Positions 1 through 15,699 of a DNA stretch of 64,000 nt are shown here, piece by piece. Position numbers and translations under genes: made by a program. Location of the stretch: assembly GCF_009914755.1 (NCBI RefSeq), contig NC_060944.1; one strand, 5' to 3'. How positions within the stretch are numbered: the stretch's first letter is position 1; each line of letters begins with the position of its first letter. Source of the DNA: the human T2T-CHM13v2.0 reference genome, Homo sapiens. The notes beneath the pieces are model-generated. The model did no database searches. It saw nothing but the letters and a program-made list of their open reading frames with translations, and was not told the origin of the DNA.

Positions 1-122
1 CTGGATCCCTGAATGGCTGCGTGAAGCCGCACCCCTGCCACCACATACTGGGCGGTGATTGTGTTTGGCCTCTGAGATTTGGGGGTTTTCTGTCACAGCA
101 TTTGGACTCCCCTGACTGGCAC
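1..122 (+). mobile_element. MaLR LTR 3' fragment (MLT1J-like)
   Basis: Resembles the MLT1 3' end (ctggatccctgaatggctg...ctgagatttgggggttttctgtcacagca); truncated by the window edge. Confidence 0.5.
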
Positions 123-299
123 GCTATTGGACCCTTAACTTTTTGGCCAGCATTGTCTAGCATGAGGCTGGTCTCCTTATCCTCCCCTAGGAATGTGGAT
201 ATGGTGTTCAGGGCCTAGATGGTCTCTACTGGCTACTTGAAGGTATGTACAAAAGGCACCATGGAGTGGTCAGGTTCTCAGAGGAGAGGACAGAACTAG

Positions 300-728
300 C
301 GTGAGGGGTCAAATTGTGTCCCCCAAATTCCTATGTTGGAGCCCTAACCCCCAGTACCCTAGAATGTGACTGTATTGAGGGATAGAGTTTTACAGAGGTA
401 ATTAAGTTAAAATGAGTGCATATGTGTGGGCCCAAATTCAATATGACTGGGGGTCCACACAATAAGAGGAAATCTGCACACAGACACACACACAGAGGGG
501 CAACTATGAAAGACACAGTGAGAAGACAGCCATCTACAAGCCAACGAGAGAAGCCTCAGAAGAAGGCAATTCTGCCGACTGCAAAAAGCAAGGAAATGAA
601 TTCTCCCCTAGAGCCTCCAGAAGAAGCACAGCCCTGCTGCCACCAGAACCGTAAGACAATACATTTATGTTGTTTTCAGCCACTCAGTTTGTAGTAATTC
701 ATTGTAACAGAAATAGGAAACTAACACA
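300..728 (+). mobile_element. MaLR LTR (MLT1B/C-like)
   Basis: aattgtgtcccccaaattcctatgttggagccctaacccccagtacc...gaggtaattaagttaaaatgag... ends gtttgtagtaattc...ggaaactaacaca, typical of MLT1. Confidence 0.8.
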
Positions 729-1971
729 ACTTTGAATAGTGTATTTTTCATACACCCCAGCCCTGAACTTGTTTAAATGTTTGCTTTCTTTTCCTCTCAA
801 CTATTAATACTGAAGCTGGGTCAATGAAGGAATGCACCTGAGTTTTGAACTCTGGTTGAGTTCCAAACAATAAGCAATTGATGGAAAGAACAATTGCACA
901 TACAGCCAAAGTTGTTGAAACCCTCGTGGACGTGTGAATTTTCAAAAGCAAATTGCCAACCCTCTCTCTGCTGCTTCGTGGTTTATTTGATGGAGTGTGT
1001 GTTTAGCCAGGCAGGGGTAGTGGGGACAAACAAGGCTCTGTCCTAATGCTCCCACCAAAGTCATGGGCTGCTCAGGGACACCTACTTCAGCAGGGGCAGG
1101 GCACATGCAAGGGACTCCAACCCCAATGCCAGTGAAACAGCAAGAGAACTGTCAGCTTTGCCAATTGCGTATCCTCTGGGGTGTTTCTCATTTTAGTCTC
1201 ACAACAGGTCTCATACCCTCCTCCCCTTAAGTGACATGGTGGGTTAGGAGAGTGGTGCTGCGGGAGAGACGCAGTGCTGCCAACACGGTGCTATGGTTGC
1301 AGTCACACGCCCCTCAGGCTGGAGAAAGCAGACAGCTGCACCCACGGGCTCACATGTGCCAGCTCCATCTGCGAGATCATTAAAATTGAGCCTTGGCAGA
1401 ATCTGCAGAAAAACACATTTGTTTTCTTCGTAAAGAGGAAGAGTAAACTTTCCTGTCGTCCTCATAAGTTTCTGCAATTACTTTAATGTGCAAAGCGCCT
1501 TGTACAAAAGCAGGAAGCTGTTACCCGGACTAAGGCACCAGGATGCATGCTTCCGTTAAATTATACGTGAAATTACACGTTCTCTAGCGCTGGTGGCTTA
1601 GTCGCCGTTTAACAGTAATAAGACACACAATTCCAGTGCTCACAATGGTGTTCAGGGGCTTGGCAATTTGCTTCTCATGCTATCACGCATCTAGCCAAAC
1701 CAGGTAGGCTCCAAGACAATCATTCAGACAAAACAGACTGTCTTGAAGATGAGGAGAGGTGTGGTCCTCACAAACCTGGAGTCACCAAGAAGAGAATGAG
1801 CCCGGGAAATCTGCAAAACAGGAGTGCCCCAGCTTCCGAGTTCAGAGAAGAGCTTCTATGTCCATCCTTTTAATATATGATAGAGATCCTGTTCCGGATT
1901 CACACCCCATTACGTTCCCAACCCACCTGCACCCACTCCCCAAAATGAAACCGACTGGAGCCATTCAGACA

Positions 1972-2140
1972 GCCTGAATCTCTGCTCTGTCACTTCATAT
2001 GTGACTCCCTGAGCTTCAGATTTCTCGTCTGTTAAATGGGCATTTGATTACAACTTCTTCTAAGGACCCTGCCGATAATTGAGAGAGATAATATCTATAA
2101 AGTACTTAGCACAGTGTTTGTCTCATAATTGTCTATTACT
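1972..2140 (+). mobile_element. MIR SINE fragment
   Basis: MIR core ctgagcttcagatttctcgtctgttaaatggg...aaagtacttagcacagtg. Confidence 0.55.
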
Positions 2141-2257
2141 GTCCATCATTATTTCTCTGCAACTATTCTATTAAATACTTTCAAAGCTTTAGTCGTCCCT
2201 CCAGTGCAGCCCTTAGCCCTCATCCTAAACCTAGCACTGAGTTCTGTGAGGTTCTGA

Positions 2258-2890
<633 letters not shown>

Positions 2891-3054
2891 ATGCCAGGGA
2901 ATAAAACCAATGTCTTCAGAAGCCTTGGCCCAGTCTCGTGGTTGATACTGAAAAACCCCAAGACATGACCTGCTAGGCTGGATGTGAGGAGCACCTAGAA
3001 AGGTGGCCATTTTTATTCGTTCAGTGGCATCTCAACCAAAGACAATGGGGAGAG

Positions 3055-3252
3055 CAGCTAGTGGCTTAGATTCATTGGGATGACCCTGACATTGGAGCCA
3101 AGAAAGCCATGTTTAAATCACAGATTTGTCACTCCCAGGCGGTGTGATTTTGAGCTGATGACCCAATCTTGCTGAGCCTCGCCGGTCTCTACTATTGGCT
3201 GGGGATGTCAATTTCTTTGGCACAGAATTGTTATGACAAATGAAATAAATGT
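3055..3252 (+). mobile_element. MIR SINE
   Basis: ttggagccaagaaagccatgtttaaatcacag...tgtgattttgagc...ctgagcctc...gttatgacaaatgaaataa. Confidence 0.5.
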
Positions 3253-5376
3253 CAGCCCCACCACAGAGGATCAGACACTCCACCTCTGAATAACAGTTAT
3301 TCCCTCCCTCCAAAATTTGTCTTTGTGGTCTGTAAAAAGAGAGCGAGAGAGAGAGAACACATCAAAAGAGAAAAATCATTCTATGATATGAAAAATACAT
3401 AAACTTCCAGTTTCAGCTCTGTCACATAAACAGCTTGGAAGTTGTCACTCCCATCCATATAACAACAACAACAAAAAGCTGGACAAACTGAAAACCAATG
3501 ACTTTTCATGGACCCATCAGAGAACTGAGTTTTCAAGGTAAACTACCACCCCAAAATCTGGAGACACAGATGAACCTAGAGAGTAACAGCTGAGCTCCAC
3601 TTACCCAGAACAGAAGCTGCTGGAGCCATAACTAGTAGAACAGTTACATGGCAATTTTGACAAATTGCTAACGGGTGAGTATAGACCAGCTCTCAGTGAG
3701 AAACTCCTGGGGCTGCAATCTTAGGGGGACTCCACAATGTCAAGGGCTTTGCCTCCAGGAATCCCCAAGTTCTTATTGAGAAGATTCTAGAAAGAGCATC
3801 TCCTGGCTCTGACAAGGAGAGGAAGAGTAATTCTTATTTAAAAAAAAAAAAAAAGCCACCAGAGCCTTCTCCATAACGAAGGCCCATTCCCCAGGGGAAA
3901 GACTGTCCAGGCTTATCCCAGCTTGGGGAAGGGCATTTTCTCACTGCAGCCCCCTCTAGCTTTCCTGTCTCACCTACAGGTGGGAGAAACAGTTGTGAAG
4001 GTCACAGGCCAGACACAGGACCCCTGGAAGACTGAGATTTAATCTGAAGATTATATAGAACACTCCCCTTTTCCCGCAATTTACCACCTCACCAACAGGG
4101 TTCCAGTATAACAGCAGTGAATTACAGCTGAAAGGGCTCCAAGAAGCAGTACTCTCTCTGAGGAGGGCTTGGAGAAGTTCAAAGTCAAGAGTGGGGAAAA
4201 AATAAAGACCTAAAGAAATTTGAAATCTCTGGCACCTACAGATATAGCAAACATTAAACACAGACCAACTCTAAGTAAAATTAACATAAATCCTCACACT
4301 AATGGCCTACTTAGCTCAATTCCTGCTACCTGATACACCATGTCTGGTTTCAACAAAAAATTTAAAAGGACACCCAAAAGGAAGAAAGAAAAAACACACA
4401 GCCTGAAGAGACACGGCAAACATCAGAATCAGACTCAAATATGACACAGATGTTGAAATTATCAGACAGGGAGTTTCAAATAACTATGATTAATACATTA
4501 AGGACTCTATTGGGAAAAAGTAGAAAACATGCAAAAACGGATTGATAATGTAACCAGAGAAATAAAAATTCTAAGAAATAATCAAAAGGAAATGCTAACA
4601 TTTCTAACAGAAATGAAGACTGCCTTAGATGCACTCATCTGTAGACTGGACGAGGCTGTGGAGAGAATTAGTGAGCCTGAAGATACATCGATAGAAACTT
4701 CCCAAACCGAAATGCAAAGAGAAAACAAAAGAATAATAGAAACAAAACAGAATACCCATGAAGTGTGGGAACATTTCAGAAGATGTAAGGTACATGCAAT
4801 TAAAATGCAAGGAGAAAAAAGAGAATGGGGGACAATATTTGAGGTAGTAATAGCCAAGAACTTTCCAAAATTAATGGCATTTATCAAACTACAGGCCCAG
4901 GAGGTTCAGAGAACACCAAAAAGTTACATCTAAGCATATCATATGCAAACTGCAGAAAACCAGAGATGAAGAGAAAATTTTGAAAGAAGGCAGAGATGGG
5001 GAAAACCTTACCTCTAGAGGAAGAAGGATAGAATTGTAAGCAGACTTCTCATCAGAAACTATGCAAGGAAGAATAGTCAAGTGAAATATTTAAAGTGTTG
5101 AATGGGGAAAAGACAACTTAGACTTCTATATCCAGCTAAAATATCCTTCAAAAGTGAAGGAGAAATAAAGACTTTTGTAAATAAAAACTGAGGGAATGTG
5201 TTGCTCTCAGACCTGCTCTGCAAGAAATTTTCTTTAGTCAGAAGAAAAATGACAGATGTCAGAAAGCTGGATATACGTTTTTAAAAAAATCATCAGAGAA
5301 GACAAATGAAAATAAAATCTTTTATTTTTCTTATTCTTCATTAATCTAAACAATAACAGATTGTTTAAAGTAATAA

Positions 5377-5785
5377 TATCTTAGTCTGCCTAGGCTACCA
5401 TGACAAAATACCACAAACTGGGTGTCTTAAACAACAGAAATTTATTTTCTTGCAGTTCTGGAGACTTGAAAGCCCAGCATCAAGTTCCAGCTGACTCATT
5501 TTCTGGTAAGGACTCTTCTTATTCTTACTAGGAAATGCCAGAAGCAGGAAGCTTCTTGTCCTCACATGGCCTGACCTTGGTGCATTCATGTGGAGAGAGA
5601 GAAAGGAGAGGAGCTTTCTGGAATTTCTTCTTGTAAGGACACCAGTCCTATCAGATCAGAGACCCATCTTTATGACCTTATTTAAGCTGAATTGCCTCCT
5701 TCTAGGCCCTACCTACCTAAAAACACAATCACAATGGCGGTTAGGGTTCCAACATATGAATTTGAGGGGACACAATTCAATAGCA
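5377..5785 (-). mobile_element. MaLR solo LTR (MLT1A-like) inserted in the L1 inter-ORF region
   Basis: caaaataccacaaactgggtgtcttaaacaacagaaatttattttc...catatgaatttgaggggac; 5-bp TSD AATAA at 5372-5376 and 5786-5790. Confidence 0.85.
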
Positions 5786-7587
5786 AATAATAACATTGTG
5801 TTGGGGGATTATAGCATATGGATAAGTGAAATGAATGAAAACAATGCCACAAGAGATAGGAGGAAGGAATTAGGAATATTCTGATATGAAATAGCTGCAT
5901 TACACATGAAGTGTAAATGTATTATTTTAAGACGGACTTAAATTAGTTAAAAATGTATATAGCAAACTCTACGGCAACCACTAAAAACTGTTTTTAAAGA
6001 AGCATAGTTAATACACTAAGTGAGGAGATAAAATGGAATCATATGAAAGGCTAAATTAAAACCAGAGAGGCAGAAAACATTGCTTCTGGCAACAAATAGA
6101 AAGCAGTTACAAACATGGTTGATATTAATCAATGTATGTATCAATAAGCACTTTAAATGTGAATGGTCTAATTACACCAATTAAAAGGCAGAGATTGTCA
6201 GAATGAATAAAAAACAAGACTCAACTACACATTGTCTATCGGAAACAAAGTTTAAATATAAAGACTCTGATAAGTTAAGAGTAAGGAAGTAGAGAAAAAT
6301 ATACCGTGCAAACCAAGAAAGCCAGAGCAGCTATAATAATTTTAGACAAAGTAGACTTCAGAAGATGGAAAATTATCAGGGATTAAAAATGAATATTATA
6401 TAATCATAAAGGGGTCAATTCTCCAAGAAGATATGATAATCCTAAATATGCAACTAGCAACAGAGCTTCAAAATACGTGAGTCAAAAACAGATAGAAGTG
6501 AAAGTAGTCACAGACAAATCCACTGTTATAGCTAGAGATTTCAACACTGTCATGTCAGTTATTGATAGCTCAAGCAGGAGGAAAATCAATAATGATGTAG
6601 TTGACATAAATAGCACTATCAGTCAACTTGATCTGATTGACATATACAGAATACTCCATCCAACAAAAGCCAAATACACATTCTTCTCAAGCTTACATGG
6701 AACATGCACCAAGATAGAAAATTTTCTTGCCCATAACACACCTTAAAAAGCTTAAAAGAACATAAATCATATAAAATATGCTTCCACAATGAAATTAAAC
6801 TGCAAATCCATACTAGAAAGATAGCTTGAAAATTCCCCAAATGTTTGGAACACATGTCAAAGAAGTCTCAAGATAAATTAAGAAATATTTTGAACTAAGT
6901 GAAAATGAAAGTACAACCTATCTAAATTTGTGAGATGCAGCAAAGGTAGTGCTTAGAGGAAAAATTATAACATTACATGTAGATTTTAGAAAAGAAAAAA
7001 GATTTGAAATTGATAACCCAAGCTTACATCATAGGAAATTATAGGAAGAATTTAAGCAAATTAGGCCTAAAGCAAGCAGAGGAAAAGAAATAACAAAAAT
7101 TAGGGCAAAAGTCTATGAAAATTTAAACAGAAAAGCAACAGAGAAAAGCAGTGAAACCAAAAGCTGGTTCTTTGAAAAGATGAACAAAATTGATAGATTT
7201 CTAGCCTAGCTAATCAAGAAAAAAGAGAGAGACACACACACACACACAAATTGCCAACATTAGAAATGAAACAAGGGTCATCACTACTGATCCCACGGAC
7301 ATTGAAAAGATGTTAAAGGAATACTACAAACAACTCTATGTCAGTGCCCCTCATTTTAATCATTTAGATGAAATAACCAATTGATGGAAAGACATGGACT
7401 ACCAAAATTCCCACAAGTAGAAGGAGACCAGCTAAATAGCCCAATATCTATCTAATTAATTGAATCAATAGTTAATAACCTTCTTAAAATGTAATCACCA
7501 GGAGCAGATGACTTTACCGATGAGTCTTACCAAACATTTAAGGAAAAAAAATAAAAATTCTCTATGCTCTCATTTAGAAAACAGAAT

Positions 7588-7691
7588 CATCATGCCCGTA
7601 ATCCCAGTGCTTTGGAAAGCCAAGGTGGGAGGACTGCTTGAGGCCAGGAGTTTGAGACAGCCTGGGTAAGAGAGGGAGACCCCATCTGTAC

Positions 7692-7727
<36 letters not shown>
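7588..7727 (+). mobile_element. Alu left monomer (FLAM-like) with A35 tail
   Basis: Single monomer ending gaccccatctgtacc, followed by 35 A (7693-7727). Confidence 0.85.
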
Positions 7728-7732
<5 letters not shown>

Positions 7733-8190
7733 ATTTAAAAAAATAGAGTAGAAATCAGAGAAAACACTTCTTGATTCATTCTATAAGTCCAGAATTACCC
7801 TGACATCAAAACCATAGAAAGATATTACAAAAAGTAAAGATGCACACCAATCTATCTGATGAATATAGATTAGAATCTTCAATAAAAGTGTCTTTGTTCA
7901 CAAATGACATAATTATTGATGTATAAAAACTCCAAAAACTGTGCACAAACATTAGAAAATTGAATCCAACAATGTATTTTTAAAATTATGCCCCAGGTCC
8001 AAGTGGAATTTATTCCAGATATTCAAGGCTGGTTCAACACTCAAATATCAATTAATGTAATCCACCACCATGACTGGCAAAAGGGGAACAATTATGTAAT
8101 ATAATCAAATGATCCAGAAAAGCATTTGACAATATCCAATGTCCATGATAAAGTTTCTCAGCAAACTAAGAATAGAGGAAAACTTTGTCA

Positions 8191-8578
<388 letters not shown>

Positions 8579-8820
8579 ATTTACAAAAACCTACACCTAA
8601 TATTATACTTAATGAGGAGAAACAGATGCTTTTCCCTTAAGGTTGGCAATAAGACTGAGATGTCCCCTCTCACCACTCTTATTCACCTTTATGCCAGAAG
8701 TCCTAGGTAGAGCAATAAGACAGGAAAAGGGAATAAAAGATATACTGATTGGGAAGGAAAAAATAAAACTGACTTTGTTCATGGATGACATGATTGTCTA
8801 TGTAGAAAATACAAAAACAT

Positions 8821-9139
<319 letters not shown>

Positions 9140-9274
9140 TTAATTAGTGATGATATCAAGTTTGCATGATACAATATAAATAGATAAAAGTTGTTTTCCT
9201 ATATGCCAACAATAAAGAGTTAGACTTTAGTAATTAAAAACACACTACCATCTACAACAGCATCAAAAAATCTT

Positions 9275-9606
9275 TAAAAAGTTAAACTCATAGAGAGTGG
9301 AATGATGGCTACCAGAGTCTGGGAGGTGAGGAGGGAGGGAATGGGGAGTTGTTAATCAAAGGGTACAAAGTTTCGGCTAGACAGGAGGAATAAGTTTTGA
9401 GATCTACTGCACAGCAGAATGACTATTGTCAATAATAATGTATATCTTATAACTTAGGAAGTAGACTTCGAATGTCTTACCTTAAAAGTGATAGGTAAGT
9501 GAGGTGATGAATATGTTAATTAGCTTGATTTAATCATTCCACATTGTATCGTATAAATGTATACAATTATAATTTGTCAATTAAAAATAAAATAAATAAA
9601 TAAAAA
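9275..9606 (+). mobile_element. L1MA-type 3' end nested in the older L1
   Basis: gggtacaaagtttc...gagatctactgcacagca...gtgaggtgatgaatatgttaattagcttgatttaatcattccaca, followed by an A-rich tail. Confidence 0.8.
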
Positions 9607-10371
9607 TGAAAAGATCAGAAGAATTTTTTAAATAGCACCAAAAAAGTGGAATACTTAGGTATAAGTCAAATAAAATATGTACAGGTCCCGTATGTGGAAC
9701 TAAAAATCAAACACCTAAGTAAATGGACAGATAGTCCATATTCATGGATTGAAAGACTCAATATTGTTAAGATGTCAATTTTTCTGAATTTTTTCCTACA
9801 GATTCATTGTAACACTAATTTAAAAATCAGGAAGCTATTTTCTGAATATCAAGAAACTGACTCTAAAGTTTATGTAGAAGCACAAAAGATCCAAAATAGC
9901 CAACATGACACTAAAGAAGAAGAGCAGACTTCAAGACTTAAAGCTACAGTAATCAAGACAGAATGATATTGGCAAAAGAATAGGGACATAACTCATTCGA
10001 ACAGAATAGAGAGACCAAAAATAGAGTCACACAAATATAGTCAACTGATCTTCAGCAAAGAAACAAAGGCACTTCTAAGGAGAAAGTATAGTCTCTTCAA
10101 CAAATGGTGCTGGAACAATTGGACATCCATATGCAAAAAAAAAAAAAAAAAAAAATCCAGACACAAACCTTACATCCTTCAGAAAAATTAACTCAAAATG
10201 AATCACAGACCTAACTATAAAATGGACCACTATAAAACTTCTAGAAGATAACATGGAAGAAAATCTAAGTGACATTGGGTTTAGCAATGAGTTTTTAGAT
10301 AAAATACCAAAAGCATAATTCATGAAAGAAAAAATAATAAATTAGACTCTTTGGTCTAATAATAAATTAAC

Positions 10372-10656
<285 letters not shown>

Positions 10657-12159
10657 TCAGTGAAAGACATTGTTAAAACAATCAAAGGCAAGCCACAGAC
10701 AGGGGGAAGATACTATAAAACACTTACCTGATAAACGACTTGTATCCAAAACATAGAGTTCTTAAAACAATAAGGAGACAAACCAAATGGGTGAAAGATC
10801 TGAAAAGACATCTCATTAACAAAGATACACAGATGGCAAATAAGTATATGAAAAGATGCTCAACATCATATGTCAACAAAGAATTACAAATTAAAACAAC
10901 AATGAGATACCACTATGCACCTATTAGAACGGCTAACATCCAAAACATACTGATAATATTAAATGTTGCTGGGGACATGGGACAACAGGTCTCTCACACA
11001 TTGCTGATGGGCATGTATAATGATACAACCATTTTGGAAAATAATTTGGCAGTTTCTTATAAAGGTAAACATAGTCTTGCCATATTATTCAGCAGTCATG
11101 CTCCTAGGTATTCACCCATTTGATTTTAAAACATATCCACAAAAAAAAACCTGCACACAAATGTTTACAGCATTCAAATGTTTATACCATTTATATTTAT
11201 AACTGCCAAAAACCAGAAGTAACCAAGATGTCCTTTGATTGGTGAATGAATAAACAAACCATGAACATTTGTAAAATTGAATATTATTCACTGATTTAAA
11301 ACATGAACTATTAAGCCATAAAATTACATAGAGGAACCATTGGTGCATTTAATAAACAAAAAAAAAAGCAAGTCTTTAAAGGCTACATACTGTATTATTC
11401 CAATTATATGACATTCCGGAAACTGCAAAACTGTAGAGACAATAAAATGATCGGTGGTTGCCCAAGAGTTTGGGACTGGGGAGAGGAATGAACAGGTAAA
11501 GCACAGGGAATTTAGGGGTCAGTAAAATTACCCTGTATGATGCTATAATGAAGAGTAAATAATATACATTTGTCAATACCACAGAACTTTTGAGCACAAA
11601 GAGTAAACTTTAATGTGTGGGAATTTTTTAAAATAACTCATTTAGGATGTCAGAAGATTTTTGGAATGAATGTGACAAGGGAAACGACCTGTATTACAGA
11701 TGAAACAGCCTCACAGAAGGGAGTAGGGAAATAAGGTGCTGACCTATGTAACACTGGAAGTAAGTGGAATCTGTAAGACTAAATGAAACTGTACATAAGC
11801 AGTGTATTCTACTTGATAAAGTTGTTTCCCACTGAGGTACAGGTTAGGAATTCTGATGCTGATATACATGTATTCTGTAATTGAACAATTAAGTAAATGA
11901 ATGGTGAATGGTGAGATCTCAGTTTCCCATTGTTGGAGTGAGAGGTTACAGTTAAGCAAGAAGAGCAAACTAGAACGATCCATGTGGTGATGGATTAAAT
12001 GTGGAGGCATCAACGTGAACTCATGTTTAGCTTAGTATGGATACAGGTGGTTACACACAGAAATATTTATAGATAAGTGTATACACACACATATATCTCC
12101 TTGCTCCATCAGCTGAGATGACCTAGAAGCAATGACAACTCAGTAACAATAAGCAATAA

Positions 12160-12455
12160 TAAGGGAAGGGTGGAGAGAAAATAAACAAGTAAACACACAA
12201 AAAGCAATTAATCATATAATTTTTGCATAGAAGCGTGGTAAGGTAATAAACAAAGTGCTGTGCCAAAAGCAACCAGGGACGAAAGGCACAGGAGTAGGCT
12301 GCTCTGACAAGGTGGTCAAGGAAGCCCTCCCTAGGGAGGTGATATTTGAGCAGAGCTCTGCATAAGACAGAGCCAGATGTGGGAAGATCTGGGCAAGGGG
12401 AGGGTAGAACATTCTAGGAAGAGATAATAAGACATGCAAAGGCTCTGAAGCAAGT
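12160..12455 (-). mobile_element. L2 fragment
   Basis: ggtggtcaaggaagccctccctagggaggtgatatttgagcagag...cattctaggaagag...tgcaaaggctctga. Confidence 0.7.
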
Positions 12456-12464
12456 TCCAGTGCT

Positions 12465-12750
12465 TTCAATTGAGGATTCAAGGTCAAGTGATTTATTGAA
12501 GCTGTGCTGTCAGGAGTTACCAGGAGCAATGGCAGCAAAAGAGAAAAGAGGGAGAGCCAAGCTGAGGAGTGGCAGCAAAAGAGAAAAGAGGGAGAGCCAA
12601 GCTGAGGAGTGATTCCAAGTGAAATCCCAGCACAGCCTGGACCCTCAGGGAGCTCTGGGACATAAATTACAACCCAGAGTTTGTTCTGTCTCTAGGTAAA
12701 GGAGCTGGATGTTTGTAGTCATACATCAGTCAGTCATTGGCTATGGGACA
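12465..12750 (-). mobile_element. Old ERVL-class LTR fragment (LTR33/LTR16-like)
   Basis: aggattcaaggtcaagtgatttattg...gggagctctggga...atcagtcagtcattggct; family assignment tentative. Confidence 0.45.
12530..12611. repeat. Perfect 40-bp tandem duplication
   Basis: ggcagcaaaagagaaaagagggagagccaagctgaggagt twice, identical (12531-12570, 12571-12610). Confidence 0.97.
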
Positions 12751-14140
12751 GAGTTGAAAACAGAGTTCAAGGCAACTGAAGCAGCTACAGCCTATAGATC
12801 TGGGCATCAGAAATACGAAAGCAGTGCACATAGAGGCCCCAGGACATACAGTGATGCGTCCTTAGTTGAGGGATAGGCAGTAGGCCTAGCTGAGGTCTAC
12901 CAGGTAGTAGCTGTTATGTGGTTGAGAGTGGAGATCTATCAGAGGTTGAACAGTACTGGAGATGCAGTTCCGGCCCTCACCAAAGTAGAGAAATCTTACT
13001 AACATCTCATTAACACACCGGGTATCCAGCTGAGAGATCATGTTATTCTTAAGAGTACGAACCACATCCTAGAGTAGGACCTATTTGAGAACTTGCCTAA
13101 CAAAGCCCAAAATCAAGCTCTGACAAAAATCTGCAGGGGATCTGCAGTGTTTAGAGGTGAAGTTTTACTAAATTAGAGAGGCTTGAGAAACACCTTAGGC
13201 TTTGCACAGACTCATACCAGCAAAGCATAAAACCAAACCTACAAAAAGTTCAAGAAGATTGCCTGCCAAAACAAGGATCAACACTCTTCAGAGGAAGACA
13301 ACAGAATCCAGAGTCTATACCCTATTGTTTCCACACTCTCTGAGATTCAACCAAAAACCACTGGAACCACAAAGAAAGATAAAAATGTAACCCATAGGGC
13401 AAAAAAAAAAAAAAAAAAAAAAGAATCTGTCAATAGAAACTGAAACAAGATAGTCTAGATTTTGGACTTAGTAGACAAAACTTTAAAGCAACCTTTATAA
13501 AGATGTTAAAAGAATTAAAATAAAATATGGCCTTAATAACAAACCAAATAGGCAATCTCAAGAGCAAAATGTAAATTGTAAAAAAAGAGCCAAATAGAAA
13601 TTCTAGAACATAAAACTTCAATTAAATTTCAAATTAAAACTTCAAATTAAAAATTTGTCATTCAACATGACAGAAGAGTTAGTAAATGTGAAGATGGATT
13701 AATTTAAAAATTATCTAATCTGAAGAAAAGAGAGAAAAGGGATTGAAGAAAAAAATCAGAGTCTCTGATCTGTGGTACAAGATCACACAGTCTAACATAT
13801 GTGTATCTGGTGTCCCAGAAGGAGAAAAGAATGAGGCTAGAACAGCAAACATATTTGAATAAATAATGGTTAAAACCTTCCAAAGCTGACAGAAAATATA
13901 AACGTATAGATCCAAGAGGCTCTGCAAACCCCAAGCAAGATGAACACAAGGAGAAATTCACATGGTCACACCACAGTTAAACTTTTGAAAATGAAAGACA
14001 GAAACATCTTGAAAGCAATCAGAAGAAAACAGAGACTTGGGGTTTAGGGAAAGAAGGCTTAGAATGACACTGACATCTCATTTGGAAATAATGGAGGCTA
14101 GAAAAACAATGGAATGACATCTTTAAAGTGCTAAAAGAGA
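12750..14140 (+). mobile_element. Second old L1 fragment (5' region and decayed ORF1)
   Basis: ORF1-like DNA: aaaactttaaagcaacctttataaagatgttaaaagaatta...gtcccagaaggagaaaaga...aataatggttaaaaccttccaaa...caatggaatgacatctttaaagtgctaaaaga. Confidence 0.75.
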
Positions 14141-14722
14141 ACATCTCTCAGATTTGTCTACCCAAAGATCTACCTGGAGAATTTTTTATCCATCGGCTCC
14201 CAACCCCCATTGCTGGAGGTTTCCCCTGGGGTGTTCACTCCCCTGCACATTCAGGCTGCACATGTGTGCTTGATGGGCAGGTTCCCACCAGTATTTGCAG
14301 CATCCAAGAATCCCTGGGGCGGAGGCATTAGTTAAAGCTACATGGGACACATTGAGGTTAGATGCTAAGATGGTAAGGTGAGTCAAAATGTTCATGGAAT
14401 CCATGGCAGGCCCAGCTGAAATTATAGGAGAGGCGGGGCTGGGGCTACTATCAGCCCTACTTTGCAAAGGTGAAAATGAATACAAAGAGTGGTTAAATCA
14501 TACGCCAAGACCCCACGGCTGATAAATGCTAGAGCTGAGTTTAAACTCAGTCTGTCTGGCATTTAAGCTCTCAGACATACCCCCACACTGACTCTTAAGA
14601 TGCACCGCACAGTCATTATCACACAGGTATATACGGCATGCTCAGACCTCTGCACATACACCCAAGGCCACTGTGTTCACACACAGAGATGTTTCACTGC
14701 ATGTGCACTGCCATGCTATTGC

Positions 14723-15182
<460 letters not shown>

Positions 15183-15699
15183 TAATTGGGCTTGCCACAG
15201 GTGGAAGATGGGAGCTACTCTGCCCGCAGGCAGAAGGCCTCCCCACTCCCTCTTCCTCCCAGCTTGATGTGGTTAGCTAATCACTGCCAAGGATGTTATT
15301 CACTTCCCTCAGGGGCGGCCCCTCACACAGACCTCTCCTTTGTCTCACTCACCCCTGGAAATCTGCCCACCTCCACTCTCAGCCTCACATGTACTTTCCT
15401 GAGATCTCCGGCTCTGTCTGTCACCAGCACAGTGGGGATAAAATTCATTATTCTAAACTCTCGAGTCTCAGCCACGCTCTGGCAGCTGGACGGGTGGCAA
15501 GGGAAATGCCTTACTGCTGGCTTCATTGTTTCACGGAACTTGGTCATGGTCTCAGAGGTGCAGCCTCTTTTCTCCTGTTGGTTCCACCAAAAAAGGGGCC
15601 TCCAGAGGCAGTCCATGTGAGCTGGACAAGTGACTGCTCCCAAAATTCCAAAGCCCTCCTTTTTCCAATTCTTTGTGAGCTATAGCATGAAGATGGGGA

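Noticed and set aside
1565-1580. Inverted ACGTG...CACGT (HRE-like pair)
   Set aside because: Too short to be significant on its own
4529-4933. 134-aa ORF with coiled-coil character
   Set aside because: Decayed L1 ORF1 fragment, not a host gene; surrounding frames are broken
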